Positions 8,930 to 22,020 are shown, counted from the stretch's first letter. The stretch: 46,959 nt of DNA from Desulfurellaceae bacterium (GCA_023128455.1 JAGMDW010000132.1:1-46959), one strand, 5' to 3'. Numbers and translations are program-made. The notes: generated from the letters alone by a model not told the origin.

Positions 8930-9887
8930 CTTTTCTCCTATAAATAAATTCTAACATATTTTGAATGGTAAAGTCTTGTGGATAAACTACTTTTCCCCAA
9001 TCCTTTAAAACCTTTGCCGTCACCGGACCTATCGCTACAAACAAGCCTACATTTTTACTCCAATCTTTCCACATATCACCAAACAACTCAATTGTATGCT
9101 GAACCGTAGAAGGACTGGTAAACATAGCATAATCGATATAGCTTACATTCTTTGCCCTTTTAACAAAAGCATAGCATAAAGGGGGAATAATGTTTCTATA
9201 CAGAGAAAGTACCTTTATTTCTGCCCCCTTCTTCTTCAACTCCCGTTCTAAAACACCTCTGGTTTTCTCTGCCTGGGCAAGAAGCACCCTTCTGCCCCTT
9301 ATATCCGACTCGGCTAAAGCCTCAGCCAATTTTTCGCCTTTAAAGGTTTTAGGAACAACGGCCGCTCGTACTCCAAAATTATTTAAGACCTCCTCTGTTT
9401 TTTTACCCACACAAGCAATTTTTATAGCATCCAATTTTCTTATATCATCATTTAAAAATCTGAAAAAATAATTCACTCCCACTTTACTGGCAAAGATAAT
9501 CCAGTCTACATCAGGAATTTTAACCTCTTTAACAAGAGGTTTAAACGATATAGAGGGAAAGGGGTAAACACAATTTCCATCATGTTCCAGTCTGCTTGTA
9601 ACATTTATCAAATCATATTTTGACATAGAGAGAAAGACATTCTTCTTATCCAATGTATTTTCTTCTTTGTTTGTTTTGCTGTTCATAAGGATCAATCCTT
9701 CTTTTTTTTCCGCTTCAGAAGCATCCTTAAAAAACGCAACCTCTGCTTCCTCCTTACAAAAGAGAAGCATATTAGGCGAAAGGCCATCCTGAATGAAAAT
9801 GCGTTTTGCAATCTCTAAAGACCTCCTTAGTTTTTCTGGAACAAGATATAAAGGCAAAGAATTTACCACGAAAACTTCTCTATCCAT
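8904..9887 (-). CDS. hemD: Uroporphyrinogen-III synthase with ~80 aa N-terminal extension
   Basis: DWIIFAS..GV, ACVG..T, FTSPSTV and AIGPVTA HemD motifs; downstream of hemC. Confidence 0.85.
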   Translation of the reverse strand: MDREVFVVNSLPLYLVPEKLRRSLEIAKRIFIQDGLSPNMLLFCKEEAEVAFFKDASEAEKKEGLILMNSKTNKEENTLDKKNVFLSMSKYDLINVTSRLEHDGNCVYPFPSISFKPLVKEVKIPDVDWIIFASKVGVNYFFRFLNDDIRKLDAIKIACVGKKTEEVLNNFGVRAAVVPKTFKGEKLAEALAESDIRGRRVLLAQAEKTRGVLERELKKKGAEIKVLSLYRNIIPPLCYAFVKRAKNVSYIDYAMFTSPSTVQHTIELFGDMWKDWSKNVGLFVAIGPVTAKVLKDWGKVVYPQDFTIQNMLEFIYRRKDGRLGKDS

Positions 9888-10758
9888 CTTTTATCAATCT
9901 ATTCATCTTCTTCGCACACCTTTCCGGAAGCTCCTTCATACAAGAACTTTCTTCTGCAAAGTTAAACATCTTCCATTCTTTGTCTTCTTTTACAGCATAC
10001 ATCACAGATAAAGTCGCCCAGTCTCCTTTTGATGCAACATAAGCACCTATAGGATCATTGCATCCTGCCCCCATTAGGCGTATAAACTCTCTTTCCGCAC
10101 TGATACATTCAAATGTCTCCTCATCGTTTATAGAACACACAATACCCTTTACATTCGAGGTATCCATTGTTTCTATTCCTATTATCCCTTGTCCGCAAGC
10201 GGGAACAATAGGCAATGTCTCCATGTTTATATTCAAGTTAAGCCTCTTTATGGCTGCTTTTGCCAAAACAATTGCCTCATATTCACCTTTAAGCAGTTTT
10301 TTTATTCTCGTATCTACATTTCCTCTCAAAGGCTTAAAACAAAGATCTCTTCTTAAGGCTTTCAACTGAACTATCCTTCTTAGAGAAGATGTACCAATCA
10401 CTGCTCCTCTTTTTAAATCTTTAAAATATCCATCTCTACACAAAATAACATCGGATGGCTCTCCTCTTTTTAAGGTAGCGGCAATAATAAGATGAGGGAA
10501 AAGAATCGCAGGAACATCCTTCATGCTATGCACAGCTATATCAATCTCCCCATTTAAAAGTTTTTCTGCCAATATTTTCACAAACAAACCTTTCCCTCCA
10601 TACAAAGATAAAGACTTATCTAAAAACCTGTCTCCTTCTGTCTTTATAATCTTTATTTGTACTGAAAGATTTGGAAACTTACCAAGAATTGCTTTTTTCA
10701 CTGCATCTGCTTGCCAAAGAGCTAATTTGCTACCCCTTGTCCCCAAAGTAATTGTCAT
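9880..10758 (-). CDS. hemC: Hydroxymethylbilane synthase
   Basis: GTRGSKLALWQ, HSMKDVP, GTSSLRR, RGNVDTR motifs and cofactor Cys in GAGC. Confidence 0.97.
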   Translation of the reverse strand: MTITLGTRGSKLALWQADAVKKAILGKFPNLSVQIKIIKTEGDRFLDKSLSLYGGKGLFVKILAEKLLNGEIDIAVHSMKDVPAILFPHLIIAATLKRGEPSDVILCRDGYFKDLKRGAVIGTSSLRRIVQLKALRRDLCFKPLRGNVDTRIKKLLKGEYEAIVLAKAAIKRLNLNINMETLPIVPACGQGIIGIETMDTSNVKGIVCSINDEETFECISAEREFIRLMGAGCNDPIGAYVASKGDWATLSVMYAVKEDKEWKMFNFAEESSCMKELPERCAKKMNRLIKDG

Positions 10759-12068
10759 TTTTTAGCATCGGCAGTTTCAGCAAAGAAACAGTGCGGACTG
10801 GCACTGGTGCTTTCCAAAGCAAAAATCTTTTTTATTGCCTCTACGTAAAGATCACCTTCGGGATGATTGAGAAAATCTTTTATGTTCTGCGTAGGTTCAT
10901 GTAAAAGCTTATTGAGCACAGACCTAATCATAGCCTCTATCAATATCTTATCCTTGTCTTCTATTCTATTTCCTAATTTTTTATACAACTTTTCCATTTC
11001 CTGATTTTTCAAAACATCGATCTTTTCCCTCAATTTTGCCGCTACCAATTCAAAGTCTAATGACTCTGTATAGCTAATATAACTCTCTACTTCTTGCTTG
11101 ATAAGTTTTTCTGCTTTCTGGGCATCGGCTTTTCTAAATTTAACTGCCTCATTCACTATATCCCTCAGCTCATCTATGTTATATACAAAAACCCCAGGAA
11201 TATCGGCTACACCATCTTCAACATCTCTTGGCACAGCTATGTCCATGATAAGCAGATTTTTTACCTTCTTTTCCACATCTTTTCTAAATATAACGGGCAG
11301 TGGAGAAGCGGTAGATGTTATTACCATGTCCACATCATTTATAAATTTTCCTATTTCATTCAATGAAATAGCTCTTGCCCCACAACTAAAGGCCAATTCT
11401 CCTGCTTTTTTTGGTGTCCTATCGGCAATGTATGCCACATTCGCCTGCCCCGCAAGAAGATATTTTAAGGATAGCTGAGCCATTTCTCCCACGCCAACTA
11501 TCATCGCTTTCTTTCCCTCAATACTACCACCAAAAAATTCCCTAATCTTAATTACCGCCGCATAACTTATAGAAACAGGTTTTTCGCCTAACTGGGTTTC
11601 CATTCTCACCATTCTAGCTACGCTGAAAGCCCTTCTCATTAGTCTGTTTAAGGAAACCCCAGATGTAGAAAACTCCACCGAACACCTATATGCTTCCTTC
11701 ATCTGCCCTAAAATCTGCGATTCTCCTACAATCAATGAATCTAAACTAGACGTTACCCTAAACACATGCCTTATCGCTTCTTCATCCAATCTTGTGTAAA
11801 TAAAGGGTGTTATGTTCTCTTTCGCTATACCCTTAAAATCCTGTATAAAACCCAAAGTATTACTTATACAAAAACAGGGATCCTTAGTTGCTCCAATTAT
11901 TTCTACTCTATTACAGGTAGAGAGAATCATTACCTCATCAATGCTCTTTTGGGTATACAATTTCTTCAACGGTACACCTATATTCTCGGCATCAAAAGAG
12001 AGTTTCTCTCTTAATGAGAAGGGAGATGTCTTATGATTCAACCCTACAACAAATATTACACGTTTCAT
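10755..12068 (-). CDS. hemA: Glutamyl-tRNA reductase
   Basis: GLNHKT, STCNRVE, GESQILGQ, GVGEM and DIAVPRD motifs. Confidence 0.97.
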   Translation of the reverse strand: MKRVIFVVGLNHKTSPFSLREKLSFDAENIGVPLKKLYTQKSIDEVMILSTCNRVEIIGATKDPCFCISNTLGFIQDFKGIAKENITPFIYTRLDEEAIRHVFRVTSSLDSLIVGESQILGQMKEAYRCSVEFSTSGVSLNRLMRRAFSVARMVRMETQLGEKPVSISYAAVIKIREFFGGSIEGKKAMIVGVGEMAQLSLKYLLAGQANVAYIADRTPKKAGELAFSCGARAISLNEIGKFINDVDMVITSTASPLPVIFRKDVEKKVKNLLIMDIAVPRDVEDGVADIPGVFVYNIDELRDIVNEAVKFRKADAQKAEKLIKQEVESYISYTESLDFELVAAKLREKIDVLKNQEMEKLYKKLGNRIEDKDKILIEAMIRSVLNKLLHEPTQNIKDFLNHPEGDLYVEAIKKIFALESTSASPHCFFAETADAKK

Positions 12069-12069
12069 A

Positions 12070-13041
12070 TTAATGCTCTCTATTTACCGAATAATCTATC
12101 AACGCCTCCAATACTTGCCTGGATGATGAAATTTCTATAAAGCTTATCGCCTTTTTTGCCCGCTCAGCATAATCTTCCGCTTTTTTTAAACTATACACAA
12201 TACCACTTCTCTTCTCTACTAATCGCTTTATCTTTAACAGGTTTTCTTTTTTCACATCAGATTTTTCCAATTTTCTCAGCGCATCCATCAGGTCTCCATC
12301 ATCATTATGTAAGCTGTGTATTAAAGGTAAAGTTGCCTTGCCTTCTCTTATATCCTTCATCGTCTCTTTCCCCATCTTTTCCTCAGTTCCCATATAATCT
12401 AACACATCATCATAGATCTGAAATGCAATACCTAAATTTTTCCCCATCTCAGAGAATAAATCTATTCTTTCCTTGTCACAACCGGAGAATATTGCCCCCA
12501 CAACGCCACTTGCTTCAATTAAAATACCTGTCTTCATATATATTATCTCTAAATACTCTTTTTCCGTCAGTTCCGTATTTCCAGTATTTTCTATCTCTTT
12601 TGTCTCTCCCTCAGAAAGAGTATAAGCTGCCTCTGATATTTTTTTGGCAATTTTTTTGTCATAGTCTAAAACCGCATTATAAGCCAAAGAATACATATAA
12701 TCACCGGTAAGAATCGATGCTTCATTCCCAAACAAGCGGTTAGAAGAGATAACCCCTCTGCGCACATCAGCTTCATCTATCACATCATCATGCAACAACG
12801 ATGCAGTATGCACCAGTTCCATAATCGCTCCCAATCTGTATAATGATGTCATATCCCCCTTATAGTTTGAACATAGAGCAGAATAAACAACCAATAACGG
12901 CCTCAACCTTTTCCCTGTTTTAATTGTCTGGTTAAAAACCTGCCGAGTGAGAGAAGATTGAGGGACAAACATCTTATACAACTGCTCATTTATCTTTTTA
13001 GTGTGCGTAGATATAATTTTTTTTAACCTATCCTTATTCAT
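12070..13041 (-). CDS. Long-chain trans-polyprenyl diphosphate synthase (IspB/HepT-like)
   Basis: GKRLRP, FARM HDDVID, SARM YDDVLD; small residues upstream of FARM (TASLLHDD) imply a long-chain product. Confidence 0.9.
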   Translation of the reverse strand: MNKDRLKKIISTHTKKINEQLYKMFVPQSSLTRQVFNQTIKTGKRLRPLLVVYSALCSNYKGDMTSLYRLGAIMELVHTASLLHDDVIDEADVRRGVISSNRLFGNEASILTGDYMYSLAYNAVLDYDKKIAKKISEAAYTLSEGETKEIENTGNTELTEKEYLEIIYMKTGILIEASGVVGAIFSGCDKERIDLFSEMGKNLGIAFQIYDDVLDYMGTEEKMGKETMKDIREGKATLPLIHSLHNDDGDLMDALRKLEKSDVKKENLLKIKRLVEKRSGIVYSLKKAEDYAERAKKAISFIEISSSRQVLEALIDYSVNREH

Positions 13042-13045
13042 ATTA

Positions 13046-15421
13046 CTAAACCAAAGACACTCCTACTATTACATCTCCTTCTTCCAATTTCTGCAATCTA
13101 ACGCCTAAAGCTACGCGAGAAAGTTTCTTTACATCTTTTGTATCTATGCGTATAACTCTACCCTTATTCGTTATAATGATTAAATTTTTCCCTTTTACGT
13201 CCGGTAATACCTCCACAACATATCCGCCTTTCTCTACGTTCATGCCCTTTACCCCTCTGCTGCCTCTATGTGTTTTTCTTATCTTATCTATGGATATCTT
13301 TTTACCATAACCTTTCTCTGTAACTAAGATGATATTCTCATAGCCTCTACAAGCAGAAATCACCTTATCCTCATTTATCAATCTCATCCCTATGACGCCC
13401 CGAGCACCTCTTCCCATCTCCCTCACATCGCTTACATCAAATCTTCCTAAAAAACCTTTGCGAGTAGAGACAAGTATGTCTCCATTGTCTATATTAAATA
13501 CCTTAACTACAAAATCTCCTTTTTTTAATGAGAGTGCTATCTTTCCGCTTCTACCTCCATCTAAAAGAGATACTTTTGTCTTTTTTATAATTCCCTGTTC
13601 TGTAATAAATACAAAATATGGCGCTTTCTCTTTCTCTAAAGAAACAACTGCCCTGATTTGTTCACCCTCTTGTAGGTTTATTACAGTGGACATAGGCTTA
13701 CCCTTGCCATAGAAGGTCGTTTCTGGCATAAGATATGCTTTTAAGGTAAATACCCTGCCATAGTTGGTAAAAAAATATAATAAATCAAGATTGTTCGCCG
13801 AGACAACAAGATAACCCACATCATCTGCTCTTAATGTCTCTTTTCTTCCCTTTCCCCCTCGAGCTTGAGGAACAAAACTACTTGCAGGAATTCTCTTTAC
13901 ATAATCTCTCTGAGTACAGGTTATAACAACCTCTTCTGGTTTTACTATATCTTCAAGACTTAAAGCCTTCTCGCTCTCTTTTATCCATGTTCTTCTATCA
14001 TCTCCGTATCTCTTCTTAATATCCAAAAGCTCATTAGTTATTACTTTATATAGTTCATCTTCTTGAGAGAGAATTTTTTTATAATAAGCAATGTCTTTTA
14101 ATAAAGATGCGTGTTCCTCTTGTATTTTTTTTCTCTCCAATGAAACCAAACGAGAGAGTTTCATATCCAATATCGCTTGAACCTGCAATACAGAAAGGGC
14201 AAATTTGGTTATCAACCTTTCTTTCGCCTCAGATGTAGTCTTCGATGATTTTATAATCTTCACCACTTCCTCAATGTTGTTGCAGGCAATTTCCAAACCC
14301 TCTAAAATATGCGCCCTTTCCTCAGCTTTCTTTAAAAGAAATTTAGTCCTGCGTGTTACGCAAATCTTTCTATGTTCTACAAATATTCTAATTAATGCCC
14401 TAAGCGTAAGAAGTTTAGGTACTCCCTTATCCAATGCCAGCATGTGAATACCAAATGTCGTTTCTAACGATGTAAATTTATAAAGTCTATTCAAGAGTAC
14501 GGATGTGTTTTCTCCCTTCTTTGGCTCAATCACAATTCTTATACCTTCCTTGCTGGATTCATCTCTCAAATCTAATATTCCTTCAATTCTGTTTTCCTTT
14601 ATTAGATTTGCAATGGATTGTACCAAAATGGATTTATTCACAGAAAATGGTATCTCGTAAATGACGATGCGTTTTTTCTTCCTTTCTTCCTCTATCTTTA
14701 CCTTCGCTCGCACCTTTATTTTTCCATTTCCCGTACTATACGCATCTCTGATCCCCTCCTTGCCTACAATGATGCCGCCGGTGGGAAAATCCGGTCCTTT
14801 AACAAATTCCATTAATTCATGGTCTTGTAGTTCACCTTTTCTTTCTATGTAAAAAATTGTGGCATCTATAACCTCTCTTAAATTATGAGGAGGCATATTA
14901 CATGAATAGCCTACAGCAATGCCTGAACTACCATTAATCAAAAGATTTGGTAAGGATGATGGAAGTATCACCGGTTCCTTTAATGTATCGTCATAGTTGG
15001 GACGAAAATCCACCGTATTCTTATCTAAATCTCTCAACATCTCTTCAGCAATACTCAATAGGCGTGCTTCTGTATAACGCATAGCTGCCGGTGGATCACC
15101 ATCTATAGAACCAAAATTCCCCTGACCATCTATCAAAGGACACCTTAAAGAGAAATTTTGAGCCATACGCACCAAAGCTTCATAGACCGCAGTATCTCCA
15201 TGAGGATGATATTTTCCTATCACATCACCTACAATACGAGCGCACTTTCTATGCGGCTTGCTATGTGCAAAACCGAGCTCATGGCAAGCATATAAAATTC
15301 GCCTATGTACAGGTTTTAAACCATCACGAGCATCCGGGATTGCTCTGCCTACAATAACACTCATTGCATACTCCATATAGGATTCTTGTAGGTTTTCTTT
15401 TATATCTATTAATTGTTCCAT
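13046..15421 (-). CDS. gyrA: DNA gyrase subunit A
   Basis: DGLKPV, HPHGD, AAMRY catalytic Tyr, GyrA-box QARGGKG (13847-13867). Confidence 0.95.
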   Translation of the reverse strand: MEQLIDIKENLQESYMEYAMSVIVGRAIPDARDGLKPVHRRILYACHELGFAHSKPHRKCARIVGDVIGKYHPHGDTAVYEALVRMAQNFSLRCPLIDGQGNFGSIDGDPPAAMRYTEARLLSIAEEMLRDLDKNTVDFRPNYDDTLKEPVILPSSLPNLLINGSSGIAVGYSCNMPPHNLREVIDATIFYIERKGELQDHELMEFVKGPDFPTGGIIVGKEGIRDAYSTGNGKIKVRAKVKIEEERKKKRIVIYEIPFSVNKSILVQSIANLIKENRIEGILDLRDESSKEGIRIVIEPKKGENTSVLLNRLYKFTSLETTFGIHMLALDKGVPKLLTLRALIRIFVEHRKICVTRRTKFLLKKAEERAHILEGLEIACNNIEEVVKIIKSSKTTSEAKERLITKFALSVLQVQAILDMKLSRLVSLERKKIQEEHASLLKDIAYYKKILSQEDELYKVITNELLDIKKRYGDDRRTWIKESEKALSLEDIVKPEEVVITCTQRDYVKRIPASSFVPQARGGKGRKETLRADDVGYLVVSANNLDLLYFFTNYGRVFTLKAYLMPETTFYGKGKPMSTVINLQEGEQIRAVVSLEKEKAPYFVFITEQGIIKKTKVSLLDGGRSGKIALSLKKGDFVVKVFNIDNGDILVSTRKGFLGRFDVSDVREMGRGARGVIGMRLINEDKVISACRGYENIILVTEKGYGKKISIDKIRKTHRGSRGVKGMNVEKGGYVVEVLPDVKGKNLIIITNKGRVIRIDTKDVKKLSRVALGVRLQKLEEGDVIVGVSLV

Positions 15422-15422
15422 C

Positions 15423-18885
<3,463 letters not shown>

Positions 18886-18894
18886 ATTTTCTCC

Positions 18895-19017
18895 TATTAT
18901 TTCTATTATAATATTTATTAAAAAGATAGTAGTCGTAGTAAGGGGGTGTGTTTTTGTTTAAATGTGTTGTTAATTTATTGTATATGGGATTGTTATTGTT
19001 TGTAAATGTGTTCATAA
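18895..19017. other. Replication origin unwinding region (oriC): AT-rich DUE, DnaA-trios, GC cluster, tandem box-like 9-mers
   Basis: AT tract 18895-18924; TAG TAG TCG TAG TAA at 18927-18941; GGGGG at 18942-18946; ACA-ending 9-mers on minus; located in the dnaA-dnaN spacer. Confidence 0.85.
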
Positions 19018-20301
19018 GTGTTTGTTTTTTGACATAATGGGTAAGTTTTTTTCTAAATTTTCTATTTCATGTCTAAAAACTTCATCTTTTTGTATTGAAT
19101 TTTCTATTTTTTTAACAGCGTGGATAATTGTTGCGTGACTATTTATATTAAATTTTAATTTAATTTCTGATAGAGAGTGGTTGGTTAGTTTTCTTATTAG
19201 ATATATGGCAATTTTTCGCGGCTTAATAATTTCTTTATTTCTTTTACGGGACAACATATTATCTAATGTAATATGGTAGTTGTCGGCGATAACTTGTTGA
19301 ATATTCTCTATACTTAATTTTTCTTTTTTATAGGCAATCTCTTCACTGAGAACATTTTTTGCGAATTCAATATCTATGGGGTGTTTTATGATTGAGGAAT
19401 AAGCACCGATTTTTATAAGTACTCCTTCTATTTCTCTCACATTTGTATCTATATATTCTGCCAAAAGGTTTATTACATCATTACTTATTTCTATATTATT
19501 AAATTGTGCTTTTCTTTTAATAATAGCTATTCGTGTTTCAAACTCTGGCGGCTGGATATCCACAATAAGTCCCCAATTGAATCGCGATTTCAACCGATCT
19601 TCTATGTCAGGAATAAGAGCGGGGGGATTATCTGAGGTAAGCACGATTTGTCTTTGTCCTTCGTATAGCGTATTAAATGTGTGAAAAAACTCTTCTGCTG
19701 TTCTCTCTTTACCAGAAATAAACTGTATATCATCTATAAGAAGTAAGTCTATGTTCCTATATTTATTTCTAAACTCTGACATTGTCTTATTTTGAATGGA
19801 TGTGATGAGTTCGTTGGTAAATTCTTCACTGGAGATATAAATAATATTTAAATTGTCGTTTATATTATAAGCGTGGTTATGGATGGCATGCAGAAGATGT
19901 GTTTTTCCTAAACCCACTCCGCCGTATATAAATAGTGGATTATAGGCCTCACCAGGATGTTCGGCTACAGCATAACTGGCGGCATAGGCTAATTGATTAT
20001 TGGGACCAACTACAAAATTGTCAAATGTATATTTTTTACTAATATTATCCTTCTTTTTACTTTGTTTCCCTATATACTCACTATTTTTTATCTTTATCTT
20101 TATCTTTTTACCTTTTATTTTCTCTAATATTTTTTCCATCATATCTAAGTAGTGATTTTCTATCCATTTTTGCACAAAAAGATTAGGGACAAAAAGGATA
20201 AGGTTTTCCCCCTCAATTTTTTTCTCTGTAATTTGTGATATCCACACATCACATTCTTTCCCGTATTGCTTGTATAGTTCGTCACATAATTTATCCCACA
20301 T
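19012..20301 (-). CDS. dnaA: Chromosomal replication initiator DnaA
   Basis: YTFDNFV, YNPLFIYGGVGLGKTHL, LLIDDIQF, RLKSRF and NVREIEG motifs. Confidence 0.98.
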   Translation of the reverse strand: MWDKLCDELYKQYGKECDVWISQITEKKIEGENLILFVPNLFVQKWIENHYLDMMEKILEKIKGKKIKIKIKNSEYIGKQSKKKDNISKKYTFDNFVVGPNNQLAYAASYAVAEHPGEAYNPLFIYGGVGLGKTHLLHAIHNHAYNINDNLNIIYISSEEFTNELITSIQNKTMSEFRNKYRNIDLLLIDDIQFISGKERTAEEFFHTFNTLYEGQRQIVLTSDNPPALIPDIEDRLKSRFNWGLIVDIQPPEFETRIAIIKRKAQFNNIEISNDVINLLAEYIDTNVREIEGVLIKIGAYSSIIKHPIDIEFAKNVLSEEIAYKKEKLSIENIQQVIADNYHITLDNMLSRKRNKEIIKPRKIAIYLIRKLTNHSLSEIKLKFNINSHATIIHAVKKIENSIQKDEVFRHEIENLEKNLPIMSKNKHL

Positions 20302-20309
20302 GTTTTTAT

Positions 20310-20338
20310 ATTATATATTTTTGGTGGTTTTTTTTCAA
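20310..20338 (-). promoter_or_regulatory. Sigma70-type promoter of dnaA (likely leaderless transcript)
   Basis: TTGAAA-N17-TATAAT, then 8 nt to the ATG; no SD. Confidence 0.75.
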
Positions 20339-20456
20339 GCACGCGAATTGCCTTATAAAAAGCTTCCAGAAAAATTGGAGGTTTTTATGAAAATGGTTGT
20401 CTTTATTAAAAATAAGGAGACAACCTATGGGGTTACTTGCCGTTTATATTAAGCAT

Positions 20457-20509
20457 AAAAAAAGGAAGCAAATCCTGGCCCCATCATCCATTAGATAAAC
20501 AATAGGGCC
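20457..20509 (-). terminator. Putative 3' structure/terminator of the cytochrome operon
   Basis: Minus-strand 14-bp hairpin GGCCCTATTGTTTA-TCTAA-TGGATGATGGGGCC (5 G-U pairs, so strand-specific), then a short AGGA/TCCT stem and a T run. Confidence 0.5.
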
Positions 20510-20525
20510 TCTAAGTAGAAGGGTT

Positions 20526-20831
20526 TTATTTCTTTAAAGTATTCGTATATTCATTTACATCTGCCCACTCTTTATCTGTCATCTTCTTTTGCAAGAATTT
20601 CATCTGTGCTTCTTTTTTTGCCCATTCTTTTTGCTCTTCTACAGTGTAAGCTTCTCCCTTAAAAAGTTTCGTCAATTTGAATGGTTTAGAACCATCTTTA
20701 CCGTGACAGGCTACACACATCCCTTTTCCATAATAGATCGCTTTACCAGCACCTATATCTTGAGCAAAACTCAAAGAAGAAACACCACCCAAAAGCACCA
20801 CTGCTGCTGCTAAACAAATAAGCTTTGTCAT
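20526..20831 (-). CDS. Periplasmic monoheme class I cytochrome c
   Basis: Sec signal peptide (SFA-Q), single CVACH, candidate distal Met in AQMK; SD GGAGG. Confidence 0.9.
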   Translation of the reverse strand: MTKLICLAAAVVLLGGVSSLSFAQDIGAGKAIYYGKGMCVACHGKDGSKPFKLTKLFKGEAYTVEEQKEWAKKEAQMKFLQKKMTDKEWADVNEYTNTLKK

Positions 20832-20832
20832 T

Positions 20833-22020
20833 TTACTTTACCTCCTTTTTTTCATATTCCCACGGATCTAAGAATAAAGAGAAAATAATCATCAAGATAA
20901 ACGGTAGAAGCAAAAGGCAAATGCCTACACCTACACCTTCATGTGTTCCAAATACCTCTGAAAAATGGAATGTTCCGAGCAAACTACGAGAAAGTTCCTG
21001 TCCTCCTATAACCACATTCCATCTCATTAAAAGAACAGAACCCAAGACAAATAATGATGCGATGAGCATTAACCCTTGACGCAAGTGTCTTTTACTCCAT
21101 GGTAACACCCATACCAACAGTAAGAGAATGATAAATGGAACCCCTGAACCGATGATTGCTTGCCCCCACACATAACTGCCCATTAGTTCATTTCTTATGA
21201 GAGCGGCTACTGCCGGTGTTGCTTCTATATGTGCATAGAATATCTGTAATACTTCTAATGCCTCAAATACCAAATCAACGATAAGGAAACCGAATAAAAG
21301 ACTGATAAAGGCGTTTACAGTGCCTAACCGCATGGGTTCTTTTTTGATAAACACGCAGCAAATCCAGTACAGTATAAACATCATAGCTACACCAGAGACT
21401 ACCGCTGAAAGCAAAAATATAAATGGCATCAGTGCGGATGCCCACCAGTGATTTGCTTTTATTGAACCAAAGATAAATCCCACATATCCATGCAAGAAAC
21501 AGGCAGAAGGAATGCCGATAATAGCTAATGTATGAGTAACCTTGTGGACACCTTTCATTGCCTTTTCAGAAACATCGTGTGACCCTAATGTCAATATCCG
21601 CAAGACAAATCTACGCAACGATGGTTTTTTACTTTCTGCACCTTCTACGATTTTTTCTCTAAAATTGAACCATATTTCCAGGACTAATATGAACAAATAC
21701 CACAGGTATACGCCACCAAAACCAGCCATGGCAGAAGAAGGATTAGGGGTGCTGAACATTTCAAATCCTCTTAAGTGATGTGTTAAGTGAAATTCAAGAG
21801 GCAATACACAAACGATGAGAAAACCTAAGGAACAAAGGAGTGAAAGACGGGATACAGGTTTGAAGTGCTCATTACCAAATACCTCATAAAATGCTGAAAC
21901 AACAAATGCTCCAGCCACAAGACCTGTTATATAGGGATATATAACCAGCATAAAACTCCACTGTAACCAACCCTCATTGGGATAAATAAATCCTTGTACA
22001 AGACTTAAATCTACTGGCAT
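20833..22020 (-). CDS. NrfD/PsrC family integral membrane quinol-oxidising subunit
   Basis: ~10 TM helices; YPYITGLVAGAF, SSAMAGFG, LHGYVGF and RWNVVIGGQ motifs. Confidence 0.9.
   Translation of the reverse strand: MPVDLSLVQGFIYPNEGWLQWSFMLVIYPYITGLVAGAFVVSAFYEVFGNEHFKPVSRLSLLCSLGFLIVCVLPLEFHLTHHLRGFEMFSTPNPSSAMAGFGGVYLWYLFILVLEIWFNFREKIVEGAESKKPSLRRFVLRILTLGSHDVSEKAMKGVHKVTHTLAIIGIPSACFLHGYVGFIFGSIKANHWWASALMPFIFLLSAVVSGVAMMFILYWICCVFIKKEPMRLGTVNAFISLLFGFLIVDLVFEALEVLQIFYAHIEATPAVAALIRNELMGSYVWGQAIIGSGVPFIILLLLVWVLPWSKRHLRQGLMLIASLFVLGSVLLMRWNVVIGGQELSRSLLGTFHFSEVFGTHEGVGVGICLLLLPFILMIIFSLFLDPWEYEKKEVK

Noticed and set aside
8977..8985. Perfect DnaA box TGTGGATAA
   Set aside because: Single copy inside hemD coding sequence, 10 kb from dnaA; compatible with chance
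19120..19128. Near-canonical box TTATCCACG in the dnaA 3' end
   Set aside because: Explained by the codons for the conserved I-I-H-A residues; cannot be counted as independent evidence
20270..20452. 60-aa plus-strand ORF as rpmH or another real gene
   Set aside because: Overlaps the dnaA start and promoter and has no similarity to L34; only the SD-led 21-codon tail is kept as a candidate
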